From Deinococcota bacterium (GTDB lineage Bacteria; Deinococcota; Deinococci; Deinococcales; Thermaceae), in assembly GCA_041695225.1 (NCBI GenBank), contig JBGFRI010000014.1, forward strand, positions 1-64,000: a DNA stretch of 64,000 nucleotides. The letters are read 5' to 3'. The stretch's first letter is position 1; each line of letters opens with the position of its first letter. Shown here piece after piece: positions 10,035-19,648 of the stretch. The translations under genes were made by a program, and so were the position numbers. The notes below the pieces were generated by a model. That model was not told the origin of the DNA and made no database searches. It worked only from the letters and a program-made list of their open reading frames with translations.

Positions 10035-10439
10035 ATGTCGAAGGTCTCAGGTCGCAAGCCACAGGCCATAGAGGCCGGGTTCAGTTTCGAGCAGCTCGAG
10101 GTGTACCACCTGGCTATGGCACTGATCGCCGAGATATACCTGCTCAGCCAATCTTTTCCGGCAGAGGAGAGGTTTGGCCTGACCAGTCAGATTCGGCGGG
10201 CCGCCAACTCGGTGGCGCTTAATATAGCAGAGGGCAAAGGGCGAAATACCGACAAAGATTTTCTGCGGTTTCTCTACCAGGCCAGAGGCTCGTTACTTGA
10301 GACGGTTAGTGCCCTCCAGATCGCAGAAAAACTCGATTTCGCCAAAGCCGACCAGACCAGCGAATTATACGCACAGAGCCGTGAGCCCATCGGCAAGCTC
10401 AACAGTCTGGCAAAATACCTGGAACAATCTTTGACCTGA
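10035..10439 (+). CDS. Four-helix-bundle protein (23S rRNA-IVP/bAvd-like family)
   Basis: FEQLEVY, FPAEERFGLTSQIRRAANSVALNIAEG and FLYQARGSLLE signature; flanked by heptamer arms. Confidence 0.93.
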   Translation: MSKVSGRKPQAIEAGFSFEQLEVYHLAMALIAEIYLLSQSFPAEERFGLTSQIRRAANSVALNIAEGKGRNTDKDFLRFLYQARGSLLETVSALQIAEKLDFAKADQTSELYAQSREPIGKLNSLAKYLEQSLT

Positions 10440-10475
10440 GACCTGCGACCCGCGACCTGCGACAAGGGAATAACT

Positions 10476-11696
10476 ATGCGCATCAGATACTCCAAATACG
10501 AACCCGGTTTCGACGACCTGTCCGGCGCCGACCTGATGGAGATGATTCAGGATTTTTTGATGGACTCGGGCTTTTCTGACCCTTACAACCGCTACCAGCC
10601 CGACCCCGACCGCGCCCCCACGCGCGAAGACCTGATGGATGCCCTGCTGCAGGCCCTGCTGGAGCAAGACCGCATCCCCGAGGACTGGTTGCAAGAGGCC
10701 AGAAACCGCCATAACTTGCAGGATACCCGGCTTGGACAGGAGTTGCTGCGCCTGATGCAGCGCTTGCAGGACGAAGGGTTTATCCGGCTGCCTGGTAACG
10801 ACCCCACCAACCCCCAGGGCCAGGGCATGCAGGGCGAGGCCCAGGAGACCCGGCTGGAACTCACCAATAAATCGGTGGATTTTCTGGGCCTCAAGAGTCT
10901 GCGCAGCCTGCTGGGTTCGCTGGGCAAGAATGCCCCCGGCGCACACCTGACCCGGCACTTTGCTTCTGGCGTCGAGAGCAGTGGCGAGACCAAGCCCTAC
11001 GAGTATGGCGACCAGCCCAATCTCAACATTGCCGAGACCCTAAAGAAGGTGGTGACTAAAGGGCTGGAAAACCTCGAAGAGCACGACCTGACCATAGAGT
11101 TGTCCGAGTACACCGCGGCCATGAACACGGTGGTGCTGCTAGACTGCTCACACTCCATGATTCTCTACGGCGAAGACCGCTTCACCCCTGCCAAAAAGGT
11201 TGCGCTGGGTCTGTCCCACCTGATCCGCACCCAGTATCCCGGCGACCAGGTGCGCTTTGGGGTTTTCCACGACACCGCCGAGGAAGTGCCGCTGGGCAGG
11301 CTCCCCACGGTGCAGGTGGGGCCGTACCACACCAACACCGCCGAGGGCCTCAGGCTGGCCCGCAAAATGCTCCGAAAAATGAGCGGCGAGATGAGGCAGA
11401 TCATCATGATTACCGACGGCAAGCCTTCGGCACTTACCCTGCCTTCGGGCCAGATTTACAAGAACGCCTGGGGTCTCGACCCGGTAATTTTGGCCGAGAC
11501 CCTCAAAGAAGCCACCCTGGCCCGCAAAGAAGGCATCCCCATTCACACCTTTATGCTGGCCCGCGAGCCCGAACTGCTGGCCTTTGTCAAAAAGCTCACC
11601 CAGATTACCAAGGGCAAGGCCTACCTGACCACCCCGGGGAATATCGGGCGGTACGTGCTGATGGATTTCTTGAACCGCAAGGTGAGCCGGAACTGA
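10476..11696 (+). CDS. VWA domain protein (likely partner of the upstream ATPase)
   Basis: MIDAS motif DCSHS, HTNT and ITDG. Confidence 0.88.
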   Translation: MRIRYSKYEPGFDDLSGADLMEMIQDFLMDSGFSDPYNRYQPDPDRAPTREDLMDALLQALLEQDRIPEDWLQEARNRHNLQDTRLGQELLRLMQRLQDEGFIRLPGNDPTNPQGQGMQGEAQETRLELTNKSVDFLGLKSLRSLLGSLGKNAPGAHLTRHFASGVESSGETKPYEYGDQPNLNIAETLKKVVTKGLENLEEHDLTIELSEYTAAMNTVVLLDCSHSMILYGEDRFTPAKKVALGLSHLIRTQYPGDQVRFGVFHDTAEEVPLGRLPTVQVGPYHTNTAEGLRLARKMLRKMSGEMRQIIMITDGKPSALTLPSGQIYKNAWGLDPVILAETLKEATLARKEGIPIHTFMLAREPELLAFVKKLTQITKGKAYLTTPGNIGRYVLMDFLNRKVSRN

Positions 11697-11724
11697 CTAT
11701 AAGCTATGGTGCTACTATGGAGCT

Positions 11725-11943
11725 ATGAAAGCATTGCGCTTTGAAACGGTTCCGTCTGAAAAAGGAAAGCTCGTTTTAGTGGATGATTCCCTCGAGGTTG
11801 GCCAAAGCGTCGAGGTGATAATTTTGTTGCCTGAACCCCAGCAGCCAGACGGTAAGCCCTATGCGCTGAGGGGAACGCTACTCAAATACGACCAGCCGTT
11901 CGAACCTGCGGTTCCCGATGAAGACTGGAACGCTATGCGATGA
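11725..11943 (+). CDS. Putative antitoxin
   Basis: 72 aa; ATGA overlap with the PIN toxin; acidic C-terminus. Confidence 0.7.
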   Translation: MKALRFETVPSEKGKLVLVDDSLEVGQSVEVIILLPEPQQPDGKPYALRGTLLKYDQPFEPAVPDEDWNAMR

Positions 11944-12332
11944 TTGTTCTGGACACCCATATCTGGGTTTGGTGGGTTAGTAGCCCAGACTTTCTAAGCC
12001 CAAAACACAAGGCATATCTCGAGGCTCATGAGCAGGAGGGCTTGGGTGTCTGCGCAATTTCCGTTTGGGAAGTAGCCATGCTAATTGCCAGGGGGCGCTT
12101 GAACTTTAGCCTGGCCGCGGAAGACTGGCTCGAGCAAGCCCTTGGTTATCCAGGTGTTCGGCTGCTCGAGCTATCACCCAGAATCGCCCTCAAGTCTGCC
12201 CAACTACCGGGCAATTTTCACAAAGACCCCGCCGATCAGATGATAGTAGCGACAGCTATAGTGCTGGACTTCCCGCTGATGACCATGGACACGCGGGTTT
12301 TGAACTACCCGCACGTAAAACTTGTGCCCTAG
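11940..12332 (+). CDS. vapC: VapC-family PIN domain toxin
   Basis: VLDTHIWVW, SVWEV, HKDPADQMIVATA and MTMD motifs. Confidence 0.9.
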   Translation: MIVLDTHIWVWWVSSPDFLSPKHKAYLEAHEQEGLGVCAISVWEVAMLIARGRLNFSLAAEDWLEQALGYPGVRLLELSPRIALKSAQLPGNFHKDPADQMIVATAIVLDFPLMTMDTRVLNYPHVKLVP

Positions 12333-13286
12333 AGCGGTTTGTGGAATATTTGGATCAAGAGCCCAAAGCTAAAGACTCTTAGTCTTGGACAGTTCTTACC
12401 TAGCGTTTGACGCGTCCTGGGTGGCCTCGAGGATCAACCTGGGTGTCTTTGGCTCCGTTTATGCACCTACAGCAATCGCATAACCTACCAAGAAACCCCG
12501 AGACCGGATAGATTAACCATCCTCGTCCTCGGCCAGTCCGTCACCCAGTCCATTAGATTAATCACCCCAGCTTCGTCCTCTCCATCACCCTATCTATAAC
12601 CTCACTTTTGGGCTTTCGTGCACCAAGCAGGTCCATCAGCCATTCCGACGAAGCTCTCTAATGGTAATTGCGGTTCGTAGCCACGGATGCGTGTGGCTTA
12701 TGGACAACTTGCTTGATAACCGCAGTGCCATTGGCATTGCTCAGGTCGGTGAAGCCTTTCCCTGGACACCAAAACTTGTTCCGGACTTGGCGCAGACAAC
12801 ATGGCCGTTATCAACATCGAAAAGGCATCAAGGCTGCCTCAGCTCACCCTTGGTGCAACGGTTTTAGCTAGACTACCTATGTGAAATCGGCCCGATCCTG
12901 GGGAATTGCCGCTTACCTGGCCCTTCTAATTGAGCGCATCTCGCAGGCCATGCACTTCCGACCCCGGCCGGCCTTCAACCCCGCGCAAATTCGCCAGTAC
13001 GAGGGCGCAACGCGGGAGTTACGCCTCGAGCTGTCCTACTACCCTGCACGTAGCGCCAGCGGCTATGAGTTCATTCCCAAGGATAGCTACTTTCGCCAGA
13101 CCGAAGAGGCGCTGGAGCACCTGTAGCCAAAGCAGCAGGGTAGCAGCGGAATAGCTTTTTTGCGTGTCGTACGGCGTAACGTAAAGTAGAGCGCTTGAGG
13201 GTTTGCCCATACCCCGCTACCGTGAAGGTGGGGCGGAATCTGCCTTCATGTGGCAGATAAAGCGCTGCACTGCTTGCGGGGTCTTG

Positions 13287-15677
13287 ATGCGTATACGCTT
13301 GGGATTTGTGCTACTGCTACTGGGCCTGGGGGCTTGCCAGTCTGGCACGCCACTGCCGGCCAATACTGGACACTGGTCAGATGCCCGCTTCTGGGCCAGC
13401 CTCAACCTGCAAAAACCCTCTGCTGGCGATGTGGTTACCATTCCCGCCGGCAGCAGGGTTATTCTCGATTTAGATCCACCGCCACTCCGGGGCATCCGGG
13501 TACAGGGGGAACTGGAGTTTGCCCGTAGAAACCTCCACCTCACCACCGGCTACCTGAAAATTCTGGGCCCGGGCCGGCTACGCATCGGCACTGAAGAAGC
13601 ACCGTTTACTCAGCGCGCGGTCATAACCCTGACCGGTGAAGCTAACAGCGTATCTGGCACCTGCTCCGAGGGAATGGGGGCCAGGTTTTTGGGTGCAATG
13701 ATGGGGGCCAGGCTGGAACTTATTGGCGAAGACCGGGTGGCCTGGACAAAGCTTGGGGCCAGCGCCCCGGCGGGCAGCAGCCAGATCACCCTTGCTGAAG
13801 CAGTGGACTGGCGGGTGGGCGAGCAGATAGTGATTGCTCCTTCGGCGCTTGACCCACACCAGGCCGAGACCCGCACCATTCTGGACATCGCCGGTCATAC
13901 CCTGACGCTGGACCGGGCCCTGGTGTATGGGCGGTTCGGTGAGCTACAGACCATCGCCGGGCAGGTGCTTGATCAGAGGGCGGCAGTGGGGCTGCTTTCA
14001 CGCAACATCGTGATTCAAGGTGACGAGAACCACGCCGGGGGCTTTGGCGGGCATGTGATTGTGATGGGCAGAAGTCCCACCACGCGCGAGACCGACCCTG
14101 CCCTGCGGAGTAGCGCCAGGGTGCGAGGGGTAGAGTTTCGCCGGCTGGGCCAGTTCGACCAGCTTGGTCGCTATCCTTTTCACTGGCATCTGAACGGCCC
14201 TTCGGCAGGAGACTATCTGATAAACAGCAGCTTTCACAGCAATTTTCAGCGCGGCATTGTGGTGCACGGAACTGACCAGGTCCTGGTCAAAAATAACGTC
14301 CTGTACAACACCCTCGGGCACAGCATCTCCACCGAGGATGGTTCTGAAGTAGACAATCGTTTTGTGGGTAACCTATCGGTACTTACCCGGGCCTTCCCTT
14401 TCCGCTCGAGCGACCCCGGTCAGGTGGAGCAGGGCGACCATCGCGCAGCCACTTTCTGGATCAGGGGGCCCAATAACCGCTTTGTGGGCAATGTGGCCGC
14501 GGGGGGCGATTTCTTTGCTTTCTGGTTCGATAACCCTGGGGCGGTAGACCAGAGCCGGTTCGAGTTCCGGGACAATGTGATGCACTCGTATTTGCTGGGG
14601 CAGGCCCTGGGCGCGCCGGGCAGCGTAGATGACCGGGGTGCGCTGTATATCAGTGGAAGCCGCACCCAGCCCACAACCCACGGCCCGTTTGTGCTTAGGC
14701 GCAGCACCATTTACCACACCCGCTCGGCCATGTGGGCCAGCCCCTCAGGCCACCCGGCCGGCGAAGCCCGGGTTGAGTTACGCAACTCCATACTGGCAGA
14801 TAATGCCATAGGCACCGGCAGCCACGGACTCCGCGACTCGGTAATTGTTGGCAGAAGCGCCAACCCCTTCACCCTAGCCGGCTTTGTGCGTACCGGGGTT
14901 CTGGAGTATGGCGGCCTTACCAGCCTGATCAACGTAACTTTTGTGAACTTTCCTGCCGGAACCAGCGCGTTGCGGTCTGGGAGCTGCTTGCGGGCAAGCC
15001 CAAAAATCATCTCCCAGAACATCCAGTTGCACAACGCCCAGTTCGGTCTTTGCGCTAGCGGGAGTAGCGACCTGGCCATCTGGGATATGGATGGCAGCCT
15101 GGCCGGCAGCGGGCCCAGCACCATTGTGCCCAGCTCAACCGAAGCGATGCACACCGCTGCGTGCAGCCTGAATGCCTCGGCCAATGCCCGGGTCTGCCCT
15201 GGACACTGGCAGTACTTCAACCTGACCCTCCTGACCAACGTTCCATTTATCCGGGGCAGCCCAGGCCCCGACCTCATCCGCGACGACGGACAGAGGCAGT
15301 CGGGGCAAGATTTAACCAGTGCACCCTTTTACTGGACGCTAATCGAAGGGCATACCTATACCCTGGACACCAATTTGGCCGCCTGGCAGTTCATGCGGCT
15401 AGAGCTTGATGCAAAGTATTCCAGCGACGACCCGACCCCCAGAAGCACACGCATCGTGCTGGGCACCACCACCGCAGACTTCCGGGTGCATAGTTGTGCC
15501 CTGGACAACCAGCAGACCGCAACCAGTTGTGCCGACAGAATCCCACTCACTTCCAAGCCAGGTCTGGCCGAGCTGGATGCTGCTATTCAGCCTGCTTACT
15601 TCTACGACTCGACAGCCCAGCGCATTCATCTGAAGCTGTTTAGCAACACCAACAGATCACTCCTGATAGAGCGTTAG
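13287..15677 (+). CDS. G8 domain / parallel beta-helix lipoprotein (CEMIP/TMEM2/fibrocystin-like architecture)
   Basis: Lipobox LGAC; Gly-rich G8 region; GGHVIV, LGRYPFHWH and RGIVVHGT motifs. Confidence 0.82.
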   Translation: MRIRLGFVLLLLGLGACQSGTPLPANTGHWSDARFWASLNLQKPSAGDVVTIPAGSRVILDLDPPPLRGIRVQGELEFARRNLHLTTGYLKILGPGRLRIGTEEAPFTQRAVITLTGEANSVSGTCSEGMGARFLGAMMGARLELIGEDRVAWTKLGASAPAGSSQITLAEAVDWRVGEQIVIAPSALDPHQAETRTILDIAGHTLTLDRALVYGRFGELQTIAGQVLDQRAAVGLLSRNIVIQGDENHAGGFGGHVIVMGRSPTTRETDPALRSSARVRGVEFRRLGQFDQLGRYPFHWHLNGPSAGDYLINSSFHSNFQRGIVVHGTDQVLVKNNVLYNTLGHSISTEDGSEVDNRFVGNLSVLTRAFPFRSSDPGQVEQGDHRAATFWIRGPNNRFVGNVAAGGDFFAFWFDNPGAVDQSRFEFRDNVMHSYLLGQALGAPGSVDDRGALYISGSRTQPTTHGPFVLRRSTIYHTRSAMWASPSGHPAGEARVELRNSILADNAIGTGSHGLRDSVIVGRSANPFTLAGFVRTGVLEYGGLTSLINVTFVNFPAGTSALRSGSCLRASPKIISQNIQLHNAQFGLCASGSSDLAIWDMDGSLAGSGPSTIVPSSTEAMHTAACSLNASANARVCPGHWQYFNLTLLTNVPFIRGSPGPDLIRDDGQRQSGQDLTSAPFYWTLIEGHTYTLDTNLAAWQFMRLELDAKYSSDDPTPRSTRIVLGTTTADFRVHSCALDNQQTATSCADRIPLTSKPGLAELDAAIQPAYFYDSTAQRIHLKLFSNTNRSLLIER

Positions 15678-15729
15678 CAAGGTGTACTGAACCCTATATG
15701 CTTGTCTCTCCATCCAGTACCCTGGGAAT

Positions 15730-17046
15730 ATGCACCGTGCGTGGGCTGCAAGGCGTGCCTGGCGAGTGCGGCTCTGGCTAGCCGCAGGGCTGGCGCTGTT
15801 GCTGCTTCCTCTGGCCTTGCTGGTGCACCCTGCCTGGGCGCTGGTCTCGTTGCTGGGCTTGCTGTACCCCTCTCGCTGGGAAGAGCAACGCGCCCTGGCC
15901 GATCTCGATCGGCGGCATGGCCTGGCTTACCGCAGTGCGCTGGAAGCTCCGGCCAACCACCCCTGGCGCAACCAGTTGCAGACCGAAGCCAAAACTAGTC
16001 TGCTAGATGCTCGTTTGCCCGCGGTACCCTGGGTGTTTGCCGCCCTCTATCTGACCGTGGTAGCTATGGCGTGGGTGTTGCCGCAGGTACACCTGCCCTT
16101 TGGGCAGCCGCCGGCACCTGCTCATGCAGTATCTGGCCCCGAGGCTGCTCCAACTCCGCTCAGCCCTGGGCAGCCTGACCCCAGCCAGCCGCTAGCTGCC
16201 GAACAACCACCACCAGAAGAACCTCAACCAGACCGACAGACCGGGCAGGCAACCGACCCCACCCAACCAACACCCCCGGCAGAGCCCGGCCAGGAAGCGC
16301 CAGAGCACCGGGACGTGCAGAACCAGGAGACAGCCGCTCAGGACGCAGCCCGCCCCGACCAGCCAGGCCAGAACCTGCAAGACCGCACAGATGCCCAACC
16401 GGCGCCGCAAAATGGGCAGACGGGCCAGAACCAGCCTGGTCAAGTTCCGCCCAACCAGAACGGACAACCACAGACCAACCAACCCCCTCAAGAGGCACAG
16501 CCAGGGCAGGTGGGCCGTCAGCAGTCCCAACAAACCCAACCTGGACAAGCACAGCCACCCCAACCTGGACAAGCACAGCCACCCCAACCTGGACAAGCGC
16601 AGCCACCCCAACCTGGGCAGCAGGCAACCCAACCAGGACAGGCAGAGCCAGCCCAGAATAGGCAAGCACAGCCTGGCCAGCAGCCTCCCCAACCTGGACA
16701 AGCACAGCCAGCGCAACCAGGGCAGGCACAGCCCGGTGAGCAACCAACCCCACCAGGACAGGCGCCGCAGGGACAGAATGTTCAGGGTCGTGGTCAGGAG
16801 GGTAGTCCTGAAGGTCAGGGCCAGCAGGTTCGCCCGCCCGCCCAGGTTACCCGCCCAGCCGGTGAGGCCCCGCTAACCCGAGGTGAAAACCGGCAGGGCC
16901 AGCGCATGCCCCTACCCAGCCCCTGGGAGGCCGGGCAGCCCCCGCAAAACGTGCAGCGCCAGGCCGAGCAGTTCCTCGAGTCCGAACCCCTCCCCCCCGA
17001 GGTGCGCGATATTGTGCGGCGTTATTTTGAGCTGCCAGAACAGTGA
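15730..17046 (+). CDS. Membrane protein with a long Gln/Pro-rich low-complexity region
   Basis: N-terminal TM helices; QPGQAQPP repeats; C-terminal LPPEVRDIVRRYF. Confidence 0.8.
   Translation: MHRAWAARRAWRVRLWLAAGLALLLLPLALLVHPAWALVSLLGLLYPSRWEEQRALADLDRRHGLAYRSALEAPANHPWRNQLQTEAKTSLLDARLPAVPWVFAALYLTVVAMAWVLPQVHLPFGQPPAPAHAVSGPEAAPTPLSPGQPDPSQPLAAEQPPPEEPQPDRQTGQATDPTQPTPPAEPGQEAPEHRDVQNQETAAQDAARPDQPGQNLQDRTDAQPAPQNGQTGQNQPGQVPPNQNGQPQTNQPPQEAQPGQVGRQQSQQTQPGQAQPPQPGQAQPPQPGQAQPPQPGQQATQPGQAEPAQNRQAQPGQQPPQPGQAQPAQPGQAQPGEQPTPPGQAPQGQNVQGRGQEGSPEGQGQQVRPPAQVTRPAGEAPLTRGENRQGQRMPLPSPWEAGQPPQNVQRQAEQFLESEPLPPEVRDIVRRYFELPEQ
16538..16618 (+). repeat. 24-bp coding tandem repeat (QPGQAQPP x3, with more degenerate copies nearby)
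   Basis: caacctggacaagcacagccaccc repeated. Confidence 0.85.
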
Positions 17047-17047
17047 A

Positions 17048-17075
17048 AAACGCCTCGAGTAGCCTCGAGGCGTTT
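17048..17075. terminator. Bidirectional intrinsic terminator
   Basis: aaacgcctcgag-tagc-ctcgaggcgttt, a perfect 12-bp stem between convergent genes. Confidence 0.8.
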
Positions 17076-17087
17076 GAACGCATAGGG

Positions 17088-17681
17088 TCAGAGCCTAATT
17101 GTTCCGGTACCCGCACCCCAGTTGATGGTCAGTGTGCAATTTCCTACGCTTGGGCTGGTGGTAACACTGCCGCTCAAGGTAAGGGTGTTTGGACCTCCTT
17201 GTCTAAGGATGGTGCCGATGTTGCCAAGGTTGTTGAAGGTCAGCTCATTGCCGCTAAGGTTAGAGACCGTAAGGTTACCGCTGCCCGGTGCTACAGTAAA
17301 GCTCAGGTTGGATGCGGTTGCACTGGGCCGACCAGCGGAATCGGTAAACGCGGCATCTGAAAGGACGGCTGTGAAATTTTGAATTTGTACGGTTGTGCTG
17401 CTGGTAATGCTGCAAGTACCGAAACTTACATTGCTGATAGCGACCCTGTAGCTAAAGCTGCTGGGTGTGAGGGGAATGTTGATGTTGGGGTTATCCTCAA
17501 AGCTAAAAGTGGCGCTCAGTGTACCGCTGGACTGAGTAGTTGCGCCTGTGCCAGCACCTAGACTGACTTGGGTTGACTTGCCGCCTAACTGCAGCGCGTC
17601 ACCGACCTCGATTGGTGGGATCAAGCCACAACCAGCAAAAACCAGAGCCAAAACACTGCCTAGTATTACAACACGTTTCAT
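17088..17681 (-). CDS. Lipoprotein, hypothetical
   Basis: Signal peptide with lipobox FAGC; RBS AGGAGG. Confidence 0.8.
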   Translation of the reverse strand: MKRVVILGSVLALVFAGCGLIPPIEVGDALQLGGKSTQVSLGAGTGATTQSSGTLSATFSFEDNPNINIPLTPSSFSYRVAISNVSFGTCSITSSTTVQIQNFTAVLSDAAFTDSAGRPSATASNLSFTVAPGSGNLTVSNLSGNELTFNNLGNIGTILRQGGPNTLTLSGSVTTSPSVGNCTLTINWGAGTGTIRL

Positions 17682-17817
17682 AAGATTCCTCCTGCTCCCT
17701 CGTCAAGCGTTTGGATTGTATACCCGGGTGTGGCGACACCCGGCTGCATTTGACCCAAAAATGGTTAGTTGGTGTTACGCGCTTATATCGAATTGCCATC
17801 TCTACTGTCACTCGACA

Positions 17818-17960
17818 TGTTCGGGGTAAAGCCCTTGGAAGGTCCTGAGGCGCAACCGAAGCGAAAGCACCCGGAGCCTGCCTCGAGCAAGTTAAGGGAG
17901 ACACCCGCAAAGGCGTTTTCTCGTATAGACCTGTTCACAAGCCCGAAAGCACCTGTTGAC
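17818..17960 (-). ncRNA. Candidate omega-RNA/HEARO-like structured RNA with no nuclease gene
   Basis: Starts GUCAAC; stems AGGUCU/GGACCU, GCCU/AGGC, GCGGGU/ACUUGC; loop CCCUU complementary to 3' AAGGG (pseudoknot); G-U pairs favour the minus strand. Confidence 0.55.
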
Positions 17961-18002
17961 AGTACACTAGCAGCCAGCAGGCGGATTGATCTAAAAAATG
18001 CG

Positions 18003-18542
18003 TTACTTGGCACCCAGATACTTGAAGTAGCGTTCGCGGGTAATCATGCCGTGCACCGTATTGCCATCGGCCACAAAGACAATCTGGTGCTGGCGGAACA
18101 TGGAGCCCAGTTCGCTCGAGGCCGTCTCACCCGGTACCACCGGGGCCTCGTCCCAGGGTACCAGCGAGTCGGCAATGCCAATCACGCCCACTGGCTGGTC
18201 TTCTTCAAACAGCACCGCGATGCTGCCCTCAAAGGACTCCAGGGCGCTGATGATGGGCACTGGTCTAGATAGCTTGCGGGCTGAGGTGGGGGAGAAAAGC
18301 CCGGCCGAGAGCAGGGTGGTAGTGGTTACCTTGACCGCTCGTTTGGCAATCCAGAGGGTGAGGGTGAAGACCAGCAGGAACGACAACCCCTCCAGAATAC
18401 CTAAGAAATTCAAGCCGTCCCAACCAAACTGGCCCCGCCTGCCAAAAGCCAGGTGCAAAAGCCCAGATACGGTCAGCCCCGCAACCAGGGCCGCCAGATA
18501 GGCAATAAGACCCGCCAAGCGTAAATCACGAACCGTTCGCAT
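18003..18542 (-). CDS. Membrane protein with CBS-like C-terminus
   Basis: Two TM helices, then PVGVI...VHGMIT. Confidence 0.7.
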   Translation of the reverse strand: MRTVRDLRLAGLIAYLAALVAGLTVSGLLHLAFGRRGQFGWDGLNFLGILEGLSFLLVFTLTLWIAKRAVKVTTTTLLSAGLFSPTSARKLSRPVPIISALESFEGSIAVLFEEDQPVGVIGIADSLVPWDEAPVVPGETASSELGSMFRQHQIVFVADGNTVHGMITRERYFKYLGAK

Positions 18543-18656
18543 CTGGGTTCTAGTCTACACCGCCTTCTGGCTCCACTGGCCCAGGGGCTATGCGCATCAA
18601 CGTCAGGCCAGACTGGCCTGCCAAAAAAGTCCTCCACAACCTTTCGGTAGATGGGC

Positions 18657-19364
18657 TCAGTCCAGCCAGCGCAGGTCTTCTTCATTGTCTATGTCCACAC
18701 CCACCTCGGCATAGGGGGTGATGAGGGCCCTGGCGGGAACCCCAATGATCTGCGAGACTTTGGCCTCGAGGCTGGCGATATCGGCCTGGCCCAGCAAAGC
18801 CCTCAACAGGGTGCCAAAGCCGATCATGCGGGCGAGGGCCAGCGGCTTCTTGCGCAAGGCCAGGGCTCGTTTGAGCAAGGGCAGGGCGGTGAAAAAGAGT
18901 TGTTTGTCAATAATGACCAGGTTCCCACCGGTAAAGTGGCCCTCACGGGTGCGGGCATAGGTACGGCGCATATTTGCAAAGCGCTGTTCGATGGTTTCTT
19001 TGCCAATAATGGAATAGACAAGACCGGCCTGAGGAGCGTTCTCTAGCACCCAGCGCACCGCCTGGGCACTCAGAAATGGTGTATCGCCGGTAGCGACCAG
19101 CACTCTGTCGCCTCGGGTAGCGTTGAGGCCAGCCTCGAGATTGGCAATGAGGCTGCCGTGGTCGGGCAAGGAGACTTTGGGCGAGGGGTTCAAGTTGGCC
19201 TGGGGACCAACAAATATAACCTCCAGACCAGCCTGGCTAAGGGCCATTAGAGTGTACTCCACCAACGGACGACCCCGGTGCGGCACCAAGCTCTTGCTCG
19301 CTACCCCAAACTTTTGGGCCAGAGGGTCATCGGCCTTTCCCCCGGCCAAGACAATAGCTTCCAC
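18657..19364 (-). CDS. MobA-like NTP transferase
   Basis: AIVLAGG, K..VP..GRPL, TGDTP and DIDN motifs. Confidence 0.85.
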   Translation of the reverse strand: MEAIVLAGGKADDPLAQKFGVASKSLVPHRGRPLVEYTLMALSQAGLEVIFVGPQANLNPSPKVSLPDHGSLIANLEAGLNATRGDRVLVATGDTPFLSAQAVRWVLENAPQAGLVYSIIGKETIEQRFANMRRTYARTREGHFTGGNLVIIDKQLFFTALPLLKRALALRKKPLALARMIGFGTLLRALLGQADIASLEAKVSQIIGVPARALITPYAEVGVDIDNEEDLRWLD

Positions 19365-19403
19365 GTCTTTAGTTTATCCTGCGCTGCCAACGACATGAGA
19401 CAT

Positions 19404-19645
19404 GGCCTCATCGTAATGGCAACAGGAACATACATTTTTGTTATGGCGATCCTTCGCAGGTTCAGGGTAGGCCCCTTCGACAGGCTCAGGGCAGGCTCTG
19501 AGGCGTAGCCGAAGGGGAAGCATCCAGATTCCCCAAGCGACCAAGTTGCACTTAGCTCCTCCTGGATGGACTAAGCAATCCAGTCCTGGGCCACTCAGTA
19601 ACGCTGTCCATCGCTTCGTCAGCCTGCGGCCTCCTCACAATAACG
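19404..19645 (-). repeat. Degenerate copy of the palindromic REP-like cluster at 53726-53972
   Basis: ggcctcatcgtaatggcaacaggaacatacatttttg aligns with the reverse complement of 53865-53903; shared cccttcgacaggctcaggg. Confidence 0.8.
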
Positions 19646-19648
19646 AGG

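Noticed and set aside
10035..10439. Diversity-generating retroelement
   Set aside because: An Avd-like gene is present, but there is no reverse transcriptase or TR/VR pair in the window
12881..13126. 81-aa ORF between vapC and the G8 gene
   Set aside because: May be a gene fragment, but I recognise no family and see no clear start
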